Positions 20,689-33,051 of a DNA stretch of 64,000 bases are shown in pieces; position 1 is the stretch's first letter, and each line of letters opens with the position of its first letter. The stretch is from Rebecca billardiae RCC1528. Lineage: Eukaryota; Protista; Haptophyta. The stretch covers positions 2,852,001 through 2,916,000 of the forward strand of contig OZ251223.1 in the NCBI GenBank assembly GCA_965240325.2, in the 5' to 3' direction. The notes below the pieces were generated by a model that saw only the letters and a program-made list of their open reading frames with translations, ran no database searches and was not told the DNA's origin. Both the position numbers and the translations under genes were made by a program.

Positions 20689-23600
20689 GCGGCGGCGGCG
20701 GCGGCGGCGACGGCGAGCGCCGCCGAGCACGCGGCGCCCGCGGCGGCGGCGGCAGCGCCGGCGCCCGCGGCAGCCGCGGAGGACGGCGCGGCCGCGCCCG
20801 CGGCCGAGGCTGCGCCCGGCGCGGCGGCGGCGGCGCCTGCCGAGGCCGCGCCAGCCGCCGACAGCGCGCGCGCGACCGACGAGGCCGACGGCGCGGTGGG
20901 CGCGCCGGCGAGCGCGGTGGGCGCGCGCGCGCCCGCACCCGCGCCGCCCATCGACGACGGCGCGATCGGCCGCGCCGCGGGCGCGGGCCCGGAGATCGAG
21001 CGGCAGCGATCGTCGCTGGTGGCGCTGCGGCGCGCGCTGAGCGCGCTGCAGAGCGCATGGCCGTCGCCGCCGTTGCTGTCCGTGCAGGTGGGCGTGCACC
21101 ACCCGCTGCTGCACGGCGCCGCGGCGTCGCGCGTCGACCGGCTCCTCGCGCGCGACACCGACGCGGGCGGCGGCAAGGCCGGCGCCCTCTACAAGGAGGA
21201 CGGCTCGGTGGACGCGTTGCTCTCGGCGGGTGAGCCGGTGCTGCTGCCCGACGCGTTCGCCGTCTCGGCGGTGCACGAGGCGTGCGCGCGCGAGGGGGTG
21301 CTGGCGCTGCAGCCGCCGTGCGCGTTCGCGGACTACACGCCCGTCTCGGCGCTGCTCGGCCTCGAGCCGCCCGCGCGCACCAAGAACGCGCCCGGCGTGC
21401 CCAGCGCGGGCGGCGGCGATGCGGCCGCCGCGGCCGCGGCGGCGGCGGCCGCGGCCGCGGCCGCGGCGGCGGGCGCGGGCGGCGCGGGCGGCAGCCGCAT
21501 CGCGCTCGCCGCCAAGACGGCGAGCGCCGCCGCCGCGCTTGGCGGCGCCGCGCCGCCGCCGATCGGCGTTGCGCCGCCGGCCGGCAGCACGCCCGCCGCC
21601 CCCGCCGCCTCGCCCAGCCTGAGCCGCTGGCGCTCGACGCACGAGCGAGCGGCGACGGTCGCGCGGCTCACCGTGCCGGGCGCGGACGCGGGCGCGCCCG
21701 CCGCCGCCAGCCCGCCGCCGCTGCCGACAATCCCGCACGCGAGCCGCGAGCTGCGCCGCGCGCTGAAGACGCGCGCGCCGCCCGAGCACGCGGACGCGGT
21801 GAGGCGCGCGGAGGCCATCCTCGCGCTGCTGCCCGCGCGGCCGACGCGGCCGTCGTCGGGCCCGGCGCTCGGCCGGCCGCGCTCGGCCGCGTCGGGCGGC
21901 GGCGCGGACGGCGCCGCCGTCGGCGCGGGCGCGGCCGCCTCGTTCGGGCCCGCGTTCGCGCGGCGTGCGCCGGCGTACGCGCACGGGGCGGGCGGCGCGG
22001 GCGAGGGCGCGCCCGCGCTCGCATCCGGCACGCGCGCCGCGCCCACCGCCGCCGCCGCCGCCACGCCCCTGCTCTCGCGCGGCTCGCTCGACTCGTCCGC
22101 GGCGTGGGGCGGCGCGCGCGGCCGGCGGCGCCCCCGGCCGCCGCCCGAGACAACGGAGGGGGCGCTCGGCTCGGCGCTCTTCCCGTGGCAGGCGTTCGTG
22201 GACGAGCTGACGCGCGCGGGCAAGGCGTGCGCGGCGCTGGCGCGGCGCGTGGTCTGGCCCCTGCTCGAGGAGCGCGCGCGCATCACCGCCGTCATCGTGC
22301 CCACCGCCGCCGAGCGCGCGGCGCAGGCGGCGGGCGTGCCGTCGCCCAAGCTGGTCGCGACGCGCTACGGCAGCCTGCCGCCATTCGGCGACACGGCGTG
22401 GCCGGCGCTGATCGCGCGGATGAGCCACGAGCTGGCGCAGCTGCAGCTGTGGGAGGAGCACCTCGCGCCGGGCGCGCTGCCCGCCGACTCGCGCGTCGGC
22501 GTCCTCCAGCTCCGCCTCGACGCCTTCTCGTCGATCTCGGCGGGCGAGCTCGGCGCCTCGGCCGTGCCGGACGGCGCCGCGCCGTCGCGCCGCCGCCGCG
22601 TCGCCGAGCTGAGCGCCGCGCTGGGCGTGTGCGCGCAGCGGCTGCACGAGTCGCTGCACGAGCAGCTGACGCAGATGGGCTCGCGCGCCGACTCGCTCGC
22701 CTCCTTCGTCGCGTGGCTCCGCCGCCTCGCCGCCGCCGAGACGGACGTGGAGGCGGCGAAGCGCGCGTGGGCCGACCTCGAGGCGTGCGAGCTGCTCCTC
22801 ACCGCGCACGGCGGCGAGTCGCTGCTGCCGCGCCCGCCCGCGCTGGGGCGCGGCGGGGAGGGCGCGCCGGCGACGGTGCTGGAGGACCTGCTCGCGCGGC
22901 TCGCCGCGCTGCAGGACGCCTCCGCGCGCGAGGCGCACTCGCTGCTGCCGCTGTACGCGACCGAGCTCACGCGCGCGGTGAGCGGCGCCAACGACGCGGC
23001 GCGCGAGCTCGGCGCGAGGCTGCGCGCGCACCCGGTGGCGTCGCCGACGGCGGACGCGTCGGAGGCGCTGGGCGCGTGCGCGGAGGTGCGCGCGCGCGCG
23101 TTCGAGCTGCTCACCGCGCGCGCGCCGCGGCTCTGCCGCTACCAGGCCACGCTCGGCGCGCCCGTCGACGCGCACGCCGCGGCGGCGCGCACGGCGCGCG
23201 AGGCTCGGCTCGCGCATCACACGTGGGCCGTCGCCTCCGAGTGGCGCCAGCTGCAGGCGTTCCTGTGGACGCAGCCGCTCGAGCGGATCCAGGCGCAGGT
23301 GGACGTGGACGCCGCGTCGAAGCGCTTCCGCGCGCGGCTGCGCGCGCTGCGCCGCGCGTGCCTCGCCGCCGAGCTCTCGGCTGACGAGCCGCCGCGCGCG
23401 CCAGCCATCGACATGCGAGTGGCGCACCGCGGCGCGCACTCGGCCGCCGAGGCGGAGGGCTCGCACGACGTGACGGACGCGCACGCGGTGGCGCGCGCGC
23501 TCGCGGCGGAGGAGGCCGAGGCCGAGGCGGCGATCGAGGCCGAGGCGCTCGCCGACATCGCCGCGCACGCCGAGCGCGCCAAGCTGCGCGTCGCGGAGGG

Positions 23601-26600
23601 CCGCGGGGAGGAGTCGGAGTCGGACTCGGGCGACGACGCGGACGACGACGACGAGCCCGCGGTCGGCGCGGTCGGCGCGGGCGGCGCGGGCGGCGCGGAG
23701 GCGGGGGAGGAGGGCGCCGAGGACGACGACGCCGCCGCCGACGAGGGCGACGAGGGCGCGAGCTCCGACGACGAGATCGGCGAGGACGGGCTCTCGTCGC
23801 GCGCGCGCAACGCGCTCGCGACGCGCCGCGCCGCGCGCGACGCGGCCGCGCTCAAGCGCGCGGCCGAGCTGAACATGCTGTGCAGCGCGGTGCACGAGGC
23901 GCTGCTGCTGCAGGTGCGCGAGTTCCGCCGCGGGCCGATGCGCACCATCGCGCTCCTCATCGACCAGCGCATGGGCCCGCTCCACTGGCACGCGATCCTG
24001 TCTGCCGTGGCGAGGCGCACCGGAGGCACGCTCACAGACACGCACTCGCTCACCGCCGCCTCCTCCGCCTCCGCCGCGGCGGGGGCGTCGGCGTCGGGCC
24101 GCGGGCGCGCGGCGGCGAGCGCGGCGCTCACGCTGGAGCAGCTGCTCCGCCACGGCATCGACCACTTCAAGCTCGAGATCATGGCGGTGCACGCGCAGGC
24201 GACGCGCACGTCCGCGCTGGTCGAGTCGCTGCGCGCGGTCGGGCTCTCTCTCTCGGCCGCGCGCGCCGCGCTGCCCGTCGTGGCGAGCGCGGCGCCCAAG
24301 CTGGGCGTGTGGGACGCGCTGCCGCCCGAGTCGCACGCGCACGAGCTCGCCGCCTCGGCGTGGCGCGACACGCTCCCGCCCTGCCCGCGCCCGCTCGAGC
24401 CCGACGAGCTGCGCGCGCTGCGCGGCGCGCTGTTTGGACGCGCGCCGCCTTCGATCGTCGAGTACAACCACGCGCCGTACATGCCGCGGGAGGAGGAGTC
24501 GCTCATGTCGGCGCGGGGGCCGCCGATGCCCTCGCTCGCCTCGTCGAGCGGGCTCAGCTTCTCCTACCGCCGCCAGCTCAGCGCCCTCTCCGCCGCGTGC
24601 GAGCGGCTGGGCGCGCTCGCGCACGGAGAGCCGGCCGCGGGCGCGTCCGCGCCGCTGCTGCTCACGCTCGACGGGCGGCCGCTCGGCGGCTCGGCGGCGG
24701 CGGCGGAGGTGGGCGCGGCGCTGGACGCGGAGGACGCGGCGGCGGAGTCGGCGGGCGCGCGGCGCGCCAGCCTCGGCGTCGGCGGCCGCCGCGGCAGCGT
24801 CACCGGCCTCGAGTCGCGCCGGCGCTCGTCGGTGATGTCGGCGGCGACGTCGGTCGCGTCGAGGGCGGTGGTGGTGGAGGCGGCGGAGAAGGCGGCGGCG
24901 TCGCCCGCGGCGTGGGCGGTGAGCGTGGGGCTCGGCGACATCGCGGCGGCGTCGGCGCACCTCGAGGCCGCGCGCAGCACCGCCGCCGCCGCGATCGCCG
25001 CCGAGGCCTCCGCGGCGGTCGAGGGGTCGGGCACGCCCGCGGACGGCACGCTCTCCGCGGTCGAGTTGCTGCAGCGGCTGCGCACGGCGCACGCGCAGGC
25101 CACCGACGCGCTCGCCGCGCTGCAGCAGGCGGTGCGCGTGCAGGCGGCGCGCGAGCGGCTGCTCGGGCTGATGCGCGTCGCGCGCGCGCTCGTCGGCTCG
25201 CGCCGCCTCCGCGTCTACGAGGCGGAGGAGGCGGGCTACAACCGGCTGCACGACGACCGCCACTCGGCCGCGCACGGCGCGAGCGGCGCCGCGCGGCGCG
25301 CCGCCGGCTCCGACTCGTCGAGCGGCGGGGAGGAGGAGGGGGAGGGCGGGGGCAGCTCGTCGGCGGGGGAGGAGGACGAGCCGCGCGTCGCCCTCGCGGG
25401 CATCACGCTGCTCGCCGACGACGCGCACTCGTCCGACGACGGCGGCGGCGGCGGCGCGCCGTCGTCGTCGCGCGCCGCGCCGTCTCGGCCGCGGGGTCGG
25501 CGCGTCGCGGCGGCGACACCGCCGCTCTCGCTGCTGTGGCACCGCTGCGCGGCGCTCGACCTCGAGGCGCGCTCGGTGCTGATGGGCATCGCGCTGCCCC
25601 GCTCGCTCCTCCACTGCGCCCTCGCGTGCGCCGCCGAGCCGCCGCCGCCGGGCGACGCGGACGGCGCCGCGCCCGAGGTGGCCACGCCCGCGTCCGCCTC
25701 GCGCCGGTACGACCTGAGCAGACTGCTGTCCTCGCTGCACGCGCACGCGCTCGCGCTGCTGCAGCACCCGGCGTTCGCGCGGGTTGGCTGCGCGATCGGC
25801 GGCGGGTGGCGCGGGGACATCGGCCGGCTGCACGCGCTCTCCGACGGCCAGCTCCTCGCGCTCATGGCGCTGGCGACCACGCCGCCGCTGCGCGCGCCGC
25901 CGCTGCCGCGGCCGGCCGCGGCCGAGCCGCGCGGCCGCGCGCGCGCGACCGACCCGCTCTCTCTCGCGGTGGACGCGGCGCTGGGCGCGGGCGGCGGCGC
26001 GGCGCCGGCCGCGTCGGCCGCGCCGCGCTGGTCCCCCGCCGCCCTCGCCCTCCTCGGCGAGAGCCTCTCGCCCCTCTTCCTCGGCACCGGGCCACTCTGC
26101 TCGGCAGCCGGCCCGTTGCAGCTCGCGCTCGGCGACGCGGCGCTGCACGCGCGCTCGCGCACGGCCGCCAAGGGGCGCGGCGTGGTGGTGGTGGGCGTGC
26201 GGCTGGCGGGCACGGGCGAGAGCCTGAGCCTCGTCCGCCGGTACGACGCGCACCTCTTCGCCGACGAGCACGCCGGCGCGGGCGGCGCGGCCCCGAGCTC
26301 CGAGGGCGCGCCGCACGACGGCCTGGCGCTGTGCGTCGGCACGGGCCCGCCGCACGCGTGGGTGCGCAAGCTCGAGCGCGCGATCATCGCGTCGGTCGCG
26401 CAGGAGATCGCGTGGCGCTTGCACGCGTACGCGCGCTGGCAGCGCGCGCACGCGCTCGGTGGCGGCATGGCTGACAGCGGCGGCGGCGGCGGCGGCGGCG
26501 TCGGCCGAGGCGGCAGCGCGCAGCACACCAACACGGCCACACCGGAGCGCTCGGCGGCGCCGACGCGGCAGGGCACCATGGCGAACCTTCTCGCCGGCCC

Positions 26601-26681
26601 GGCCGCCGTCTCGCGGCAGCAGAGCACGCTCTCCGCCGCCGGCGGCAGCCTGTCTCGGCAGCAGAGCTCCGCCAGCATCGC

Positions 26682-26738
<57 letters not shown>

Positions 26739-27095
26739 GGCTGGAGCGGGAGCGGCCGGTGCGAGCGTGGCGAGCCGGCTGCGCCAGCGCATGGGCACCG
26801 CGCTGCAGCAGCAGCAGCAGCAGCAGCAGCAGGCGGGCGCGTCGCCGCCGGGCGGCTCGCGCTGGCAGCGCGCCACCGGCTCGCCCACTCGCCACGGCGC
26901 GCTCCTCGGCAGCCGCAAGTCGACAGCTGGGAGCAGCCTCATCTCCAACGTGATCGCGGCCGCGCTGAGCAACCGGGCGTCGCGCGGCGTGACGCGGCCG
27001 GTGAGCCTGCCGCCGTGGCTCACGCCGCCCGCCGTGTCGAAGCGCGCGCTGCTCGCCGCCGCCGCGGTCGACCCGGAGGCTGGAGGCGCGGACGA

Positions 27096-27129
<34 letters not shown>

Positions 27130-29052
27130 AGCGGCGCGCTTGTGGGCGTCACGCCGGCGGAGAAGCCGGCGGCGCACGGCGCGGACGGCGGCGCGGGCGG
27201 CGGCGCGCCCGCGCTGCCGCCGCCGAGCACCTGCTACCTGATCTCGCCCGAGCAGCTCGCGCGCGACTTTGGCTGGGGCACGGCGGCGGACGGCCCAATC
27301 CGGCGCGGCCAGTACGGTGGCGCGCTCCTCGCCTCTGCACAGATCGCGTGGAGCTCGCAGCGGGACGCCGCGATCGGCGCGGGCTCGCCCAGCTCGCTCA
27401 AGGCGCTGTGCGCCTCGCTGCAGGCGCAGATCGACGCGCACGCCTCCGCCGCGACGCGGCGCGCGCTGCCGCGCGGCGCGCGCCTCGCCCTGGCCGCGCT
27501 CATCTGCGCCGCGCGCGGCTTCCGGGACGAGACGCTGGCCTGGCTCGAGCACGAGGCGGCGAGCGGCGCGGCGGCGGCGAGCGGCGGCGGCACCGGGCTG
27601 GGCGCGAGCGCGCGCAAGACGGCGGCGGGCGGCGCGGCGCACTCCCTCGGCGTCGCGCTGCTCGTGCGCCACGGCTGGGCCGAGCCGGACGAGACGGCGC
27701 GCGAGGACAGCGGCTCAGACGTGGACGCATCCGACGCCTCCTCGTCTGAGGATGAGATCGGGGGGGCGGCGGGCGGCGCGGCGCGCGGGGCGGGCGGCGC
27801 GCGCGGCGGCGCGGCGGCGGAGGAGGAGGGCGAGGGCGAGACGGACGGCGGCGAGTCAGACGCGGAGGGCGGCTCCGACGCGGAGGGCGCCGACCGGGCG
27901 GCGGAGACGGAAGAGCCGTCGCCCGGCGCGCGCCTGCGCGCCTCGACGGCGCGCGCCGGCGGCGCGCTCGCCGCGGGTGAAGGCTTGGGCGTGGAGCAGC
28001 GCTCGCCCGGCCGGCCGCGCGAGCGCCCGACCATGCGCGCAGCGACGCGCCTCTCGCTCGCCGCGAGCGAGTGCAGCGACCTCGCCGAGAGCGCGTACTC
28101 GCCCGTGCCCGCCGCGGCGCGCGGCGCGAGGCGCGTCGCGCTCGGCGGCACGGCGGGCGTCGACGCGCAGGCGCAGGCGGCGGCGATGGCGGCGGCGGGC
28201 GTGCGCACGCTCGCGGGCACGGGCCGCGGCTGGCGCGCCGCGCTGCCGCAGTACGAGCTCGCCATCCTCGGCCACCGCCTGCGCCACGGCCTCGAGCTCG
28301 TGTCGAGCGCGCAGCTGCCGTCGGCGTACTCGCCCGCGTCCGCGCGCGCGCAGCTCGCGCTCCTGCGCGCCGCGGCCGAGCAGGCGTCGGGTGGCGGCGC
28401 GGCGGCGCTGTGCGGGCAGGCGGGGTGCGGCAAGGGCCGGCTCGCCGCCGAGCTCGCCGCCGCGTGCGGCCGGCTGCAGCTCGCCTGCCCCACGCCGCCC
28501 ACGCCGCCCCTGCAGGCGCAGGAGGCGGCGTGGGCGCGAGGCGGCGCGGGCGGCGGGCGGCGCGCGGCGGCGAGCGCGGGCGCCGCGCTGGGCGCGGGCG
28601 CGCGCGCGGCGGCGTGCGCGCTCGCGGTGGAGCGCTGGGCGTACGCCGTGTGCCACGCGGGCGTGTGCGGCGGCTGGGGCCACGTGAGCGCCGCGGGGCT
28701 CGCCGCGCTGCGCATGCTCGGCGGCGTGGGCGGCGCGGGCGAGGGCGCGCCCACCGCCGCGGCGGGCGCGCGCGCCGTACTGGACGCCGCTGTTGCCTCG
28801 CGGCCGCCGCCGGACGACTGGAGCGCGGCGGGCGCGGCGGCGCACGGCAGCGCGGCGGCGGGGTGCGCGGGCGGGCTCGGCGCGCTCTGCGCCGCCTTCC
28901 GCGCCGTGCAGCACCGGCTCGCGCTCGCGGCCGACGCGGTGGCCGCGGCCGACGGCGCGGCTGCCGACGCGCTGGCTGAGCGCGAGATGCTCAACTCGTT
29001 GCTGCAGCTCGACAGGGCGGCGGCGGAGCGGAGCGGCGGCGGCGGCGGCGAG

Positions 29053-29084
<32 letters not shown>

Positions 29085-32000
29085 CGCCGCCGCCTCGCGC
29101 TCCGCCTTCTCCACGCGCGGCGGGCAGGGGCCCGTCGCGCAGGGCGTGGGCGCGCTCGAGGCGGCCGCGGCCGAGGCGCGCGCGGCCGCGGCGCACTCGC
29201 GCCGGACGTCCGGCCGCGCGGGCGTGTTCAGCCTGACGCTGCCGCTGCCGCTCGCGCCGGACGAGGCGGCGGCGTACGGCGCGGGCGGCGGTGCCGCGCT
29301 CCCCGCGGCGCGCGCCTCCGCCGCCGACCTCGGCATCTCGCTCGCCGACGGCGCGCGCTCGGCGCGCGTGCCGCCTGAGCTGGCTACGCTCGTGCGGCCG
29401 GTGGGCGTGCGCGCGCCCGACTCGGCGGCGCTCGCCGCGGCGGCGCTGTTCGCGCACGGCTGGGGCACGGCGCGGCGGTGCGAGGAGCTCGCGAGCGCGG
29501 CGGCCTTCGCGACGCGCGCGGCGCTCGCGCTCGGCGCGCGCGCCGCGCGCCCGCCGCCGCTCGGCGGCGGCGGCGCGCGCGCGCCCTGGTGCGCGCCCGC
29601 GCGCGCGCGCTGTGTGCTCGCCGGCCTTGCGCCCGCGGCGGTGCTGCGCGCGGTGGTGGAGCGCGCGACGGAGGCGCGCGCGGCGCACCTCGCCGTCCTC
29701 GCCGCCGCCGAGCCCGGCGGCCCGTCCGTCAGCGGCTCCGCCGACGCCGAGTCCGAGGGCGCGCGGATCGCGCGGCACGCGGCGCTGGCGCACGCCCTCT
29801 ACTCGGTGCTGGCGCCTCTCGCGTGCGCGGCCGCGGGCGCCGACGGCGACGCGGCGATGGACGCGGCGCTGGTGCTCGACCTGCTGCGCGCGATGTCGGG
29901 GCTCACGCGCGTGGGCGGCGCGGCCGACGCCGACGACGCGTCCGCGCCCGACGGCGCGCCCCACGGCCGCGCGCCGCACGGCGAGTCCGCGGGCGGCGGC
30001 GGCGGCGGCGGCGGCGACACAGCCAAGTCCGACACGGACCTCGCGCGCGCGCTCGTGCTCGCCGACTGCGCGCTCGCGGTGGAGCACGCGCGGCTGCGCG
30101 CGGCGGTGGCGGGCGCGGCGCGCGACGTGGCCGCGCTCGACCGCGAGGACGCCGCGCCGCGCGCGCACGCCGCGCAGCCCACCGTCGCCGCGCAGGCCGC
30201 GCGGCGCGCGAGCAACGCGGGGCTCGGCGCGGCGGCGATCGCGGCCGCGGCCGCGCGCGCGGTCGCGTCGGCGAGCCCGCAGGTGAGCAAGCCGCTCGGC
30301 TTCGAGGAGGACTCGGACGCGGAGGCGGCGGCCGAGGGCGTCGCGCTCGCGCCGCGCATCGAGAACGAGGTCGAGGCCCTCGCCGCCGCCGAGCGCGCCG
30401 CCGCCAAGCTCGCGCGCGACCGCGAGGCGAGCGCGGAGCGCGCGCGCTTCAAGCGGCTGCGCGCGGCCGAGGCGGACGAGGCGGCGAGCGCGCTGAGCGC
30501 GGGCGTGGGCGGGCTGCTGCCGCTGCTGCTGCTGGCGCACACGCACGCCGAGCTCGCCGCCGCCGTCGCGCGCCGCCAGCGCGCGCCCTCCGAAGCCGCC
30601 GCCGCCGCCGCCGCGCACGGCGCCGGCCAGGCCTACGACCCGACCGCGGCGGCCAAGGCGAAGGCGGTCGCGGCGCCGCTGCCGCCCGCCGCGCTCAAGC
30701 TGGCGGGCGTGGGCACGGGCACGGGCGCGGCGTCGGGCGGGCTGGCGAGCGTGTCGGGCGTGCTCGCCGCCGTGCGCGCGCTCGGCGTCCCGCTCCCGCC
30801 GCTCGCCCTCGAGAAGCTGCGCACCGCGCTGCGCGACGCGGCGGCCTTCCACTCGGGACGTGTCTTCGACGCGGGGGGACCGCTGTCGGTCGCGGACGCG
30901 AGGGGGCTGGCGGTGGCGGACGGCACGCTGCTCGCCGTCGCCGCGTCGCTCAGCGCGAGCGCGCACGGCGGCGCCGGCGCCGACGGCCGCGCCGGCCGGG
31001 GCGGCGGGCGCGGACGCGCGGACGCGCGCGGCGGGCGCGGCGGCCGCTCCGCGTCGCCGCCGCACCGCGGAGGCGGCGGCGGCGGCGGCGGTGTGGGCGG
31101 CGGCGCGCGCGGGCGCGCGGCGGGGCAGCGCACCGCGCGCGGCAGCGGTGCGGGCGCGATGGTCGGCGCGCTCGGCGGCGGCGCCGCGGCCAGCGTGAGC
31201 GCGCTGATGGCGGCGTCGTCGAGCGCTGCGAGCACGCGCGCGCGCGCGGAGGCTGCGATTGCGGCGGCGGCGGCGGCGGCGGCGGCGGAGCAGGCGCTGG
31301 ACGTGGCGCCGCGGCTGCCGCTGCTCGTCGCGACGCACGCGGCCGCGCTCGTGCTGGGCAACCACCAGGCCATGCTGCTCAGCGCTGCGTCGGGCGGCGG
31401 CGCGTCGGCGGGCGGCGGCGGCGCTTCGGCGGGCGGCGGCGGCGGCGGCCGCGCGGCGGACGGCGGCGGCATGCCACGCTCGCTCCTGCAGGTTGCGGCG
31501 GCGGCGCGCGCGGCGGAGCGCGTGGGGCGCACGCTGCAGCAGTCCGCGCGCTCGTCCGTCGCGCTCCGCACCTCGGGGCGCACCGGCTCCACCGCCTCCA
31601 CGCACAGCCGGCTCGGCAGCGGCGGCAGCGGAGGGCGTCTTCCTGGTATCGGCGCCGGCCGCGGCGGCGGCGGCGGCGGCGGCGCGGACGGCGGCGCGGC
31701 GGGCGGCGCGGGCGCGGCGGAGGCGTCGGCGCGCGCGGGCACGGACGCGGACGTGGAGAGCACGGACGACGAGGTGGGCGACGCGCTCGCCGCCGCCGCG
31801 GGCCAGGCCCCCGCCGCCGCCACGCGCCGCGGCTCGATGCGGCAGCGCGTGCGCGCGCTCGCGCTCGCACAGGCCTTGGGCGGGCGCGCGCGCGCCACGT
31901 CCGTCGCGGCCGCCGAGGCGGCGCGCGCGGCGGCGGAGGCGCGCGCGGCGCAGGAGGCGGCGGAGAAGCGCGCGCGCGCGCTCGGCGCGCTCGGCGCCGC

Positions 32001-32265
32001 GGTCGCCGCCGAGGCCGCCGCGCTCGGCCTCGCGCAGGCCGCGGGGCAGCAGGCCAAGGTCGGCGCGCTGCACACTCTGCTGCACGGCGAGCACGGCGCG
32101 GGCGCGACGCTCTCGCCGTTGCTTGAGGCGGCGGAGGCGGCGGAGGCGGCGGAGGCGGCGACGGTGACGATGGGCGCGCCGGGGCGCGGCGGCTCGATGG
32201 GCCGCGCCGGCGTGCGCAGCGCGCGCGCGCGGCGCCACGGCAGCAACTCGTCGCAGACCTCGGCT

Positions 32266-32348
<83 letters not shown>

Positions 32349-33013
32349 GGTGGCCGCGCCGGAGCCGGGCGCTGAGGGCGGCGGCGGCGGCGGCGGCTCG
32401 GACGACGGCGGCGGCGAGGGCGGCGCCGACTCGCAGGCGTCGCCGCCGAGCGCGGCCTCGCCGCCGAGCGCGCTCCTCGCCTCCGACGCCGCCACCGCCG
32501 CCGCCACCGCCGGCGGCGTCGGCGTGGGCGCCGAGCTGCCGCCGCACGTGGACACGCGCGCGCTGGGCGCGAGGGCGGCGGAGAGCGCGCGCGCGGCGGC
32601 GCTCGACGCGGCGCTGAGCGGCGCGGGCTGCCGCGTCGTCGTCCTCTGCGGCGCGCCGGGCGCCGGCAAGTCCTCCCTCGTCCGCCTCTACCTCGGCGCG
32701 CTCTCTCGCCTCCACGTCCGCGCGGCAGGCGGCTCGGTGGCGGCGCCTCTCCCTGAGGGCGCGGCGCGCGCGCACACCGTCTCGTGGGTGTATGCCGACG
32801 CGCTCGAGGGGGCGGAGGCGGCGGACGCGCTGGTGTGCGCGGAGCTGGGCGAGCAGCTCGCGCCGTCCGAGGGCGCGCCGCGCGTCGGCGTGCCGCCCGC
32901 CGCCGCGCTCGACGACATGCGCAGCGCGGGCGCGGGCGGCGCCGGCTGGGCCGCGAGCGGGCTCGCGGGCGCGGGCGCGGCGGCCGCGGACGAGGCGCGT
33001 GCCGACGCGGCGC

Positions 33014-33051
<38 letters not shown>
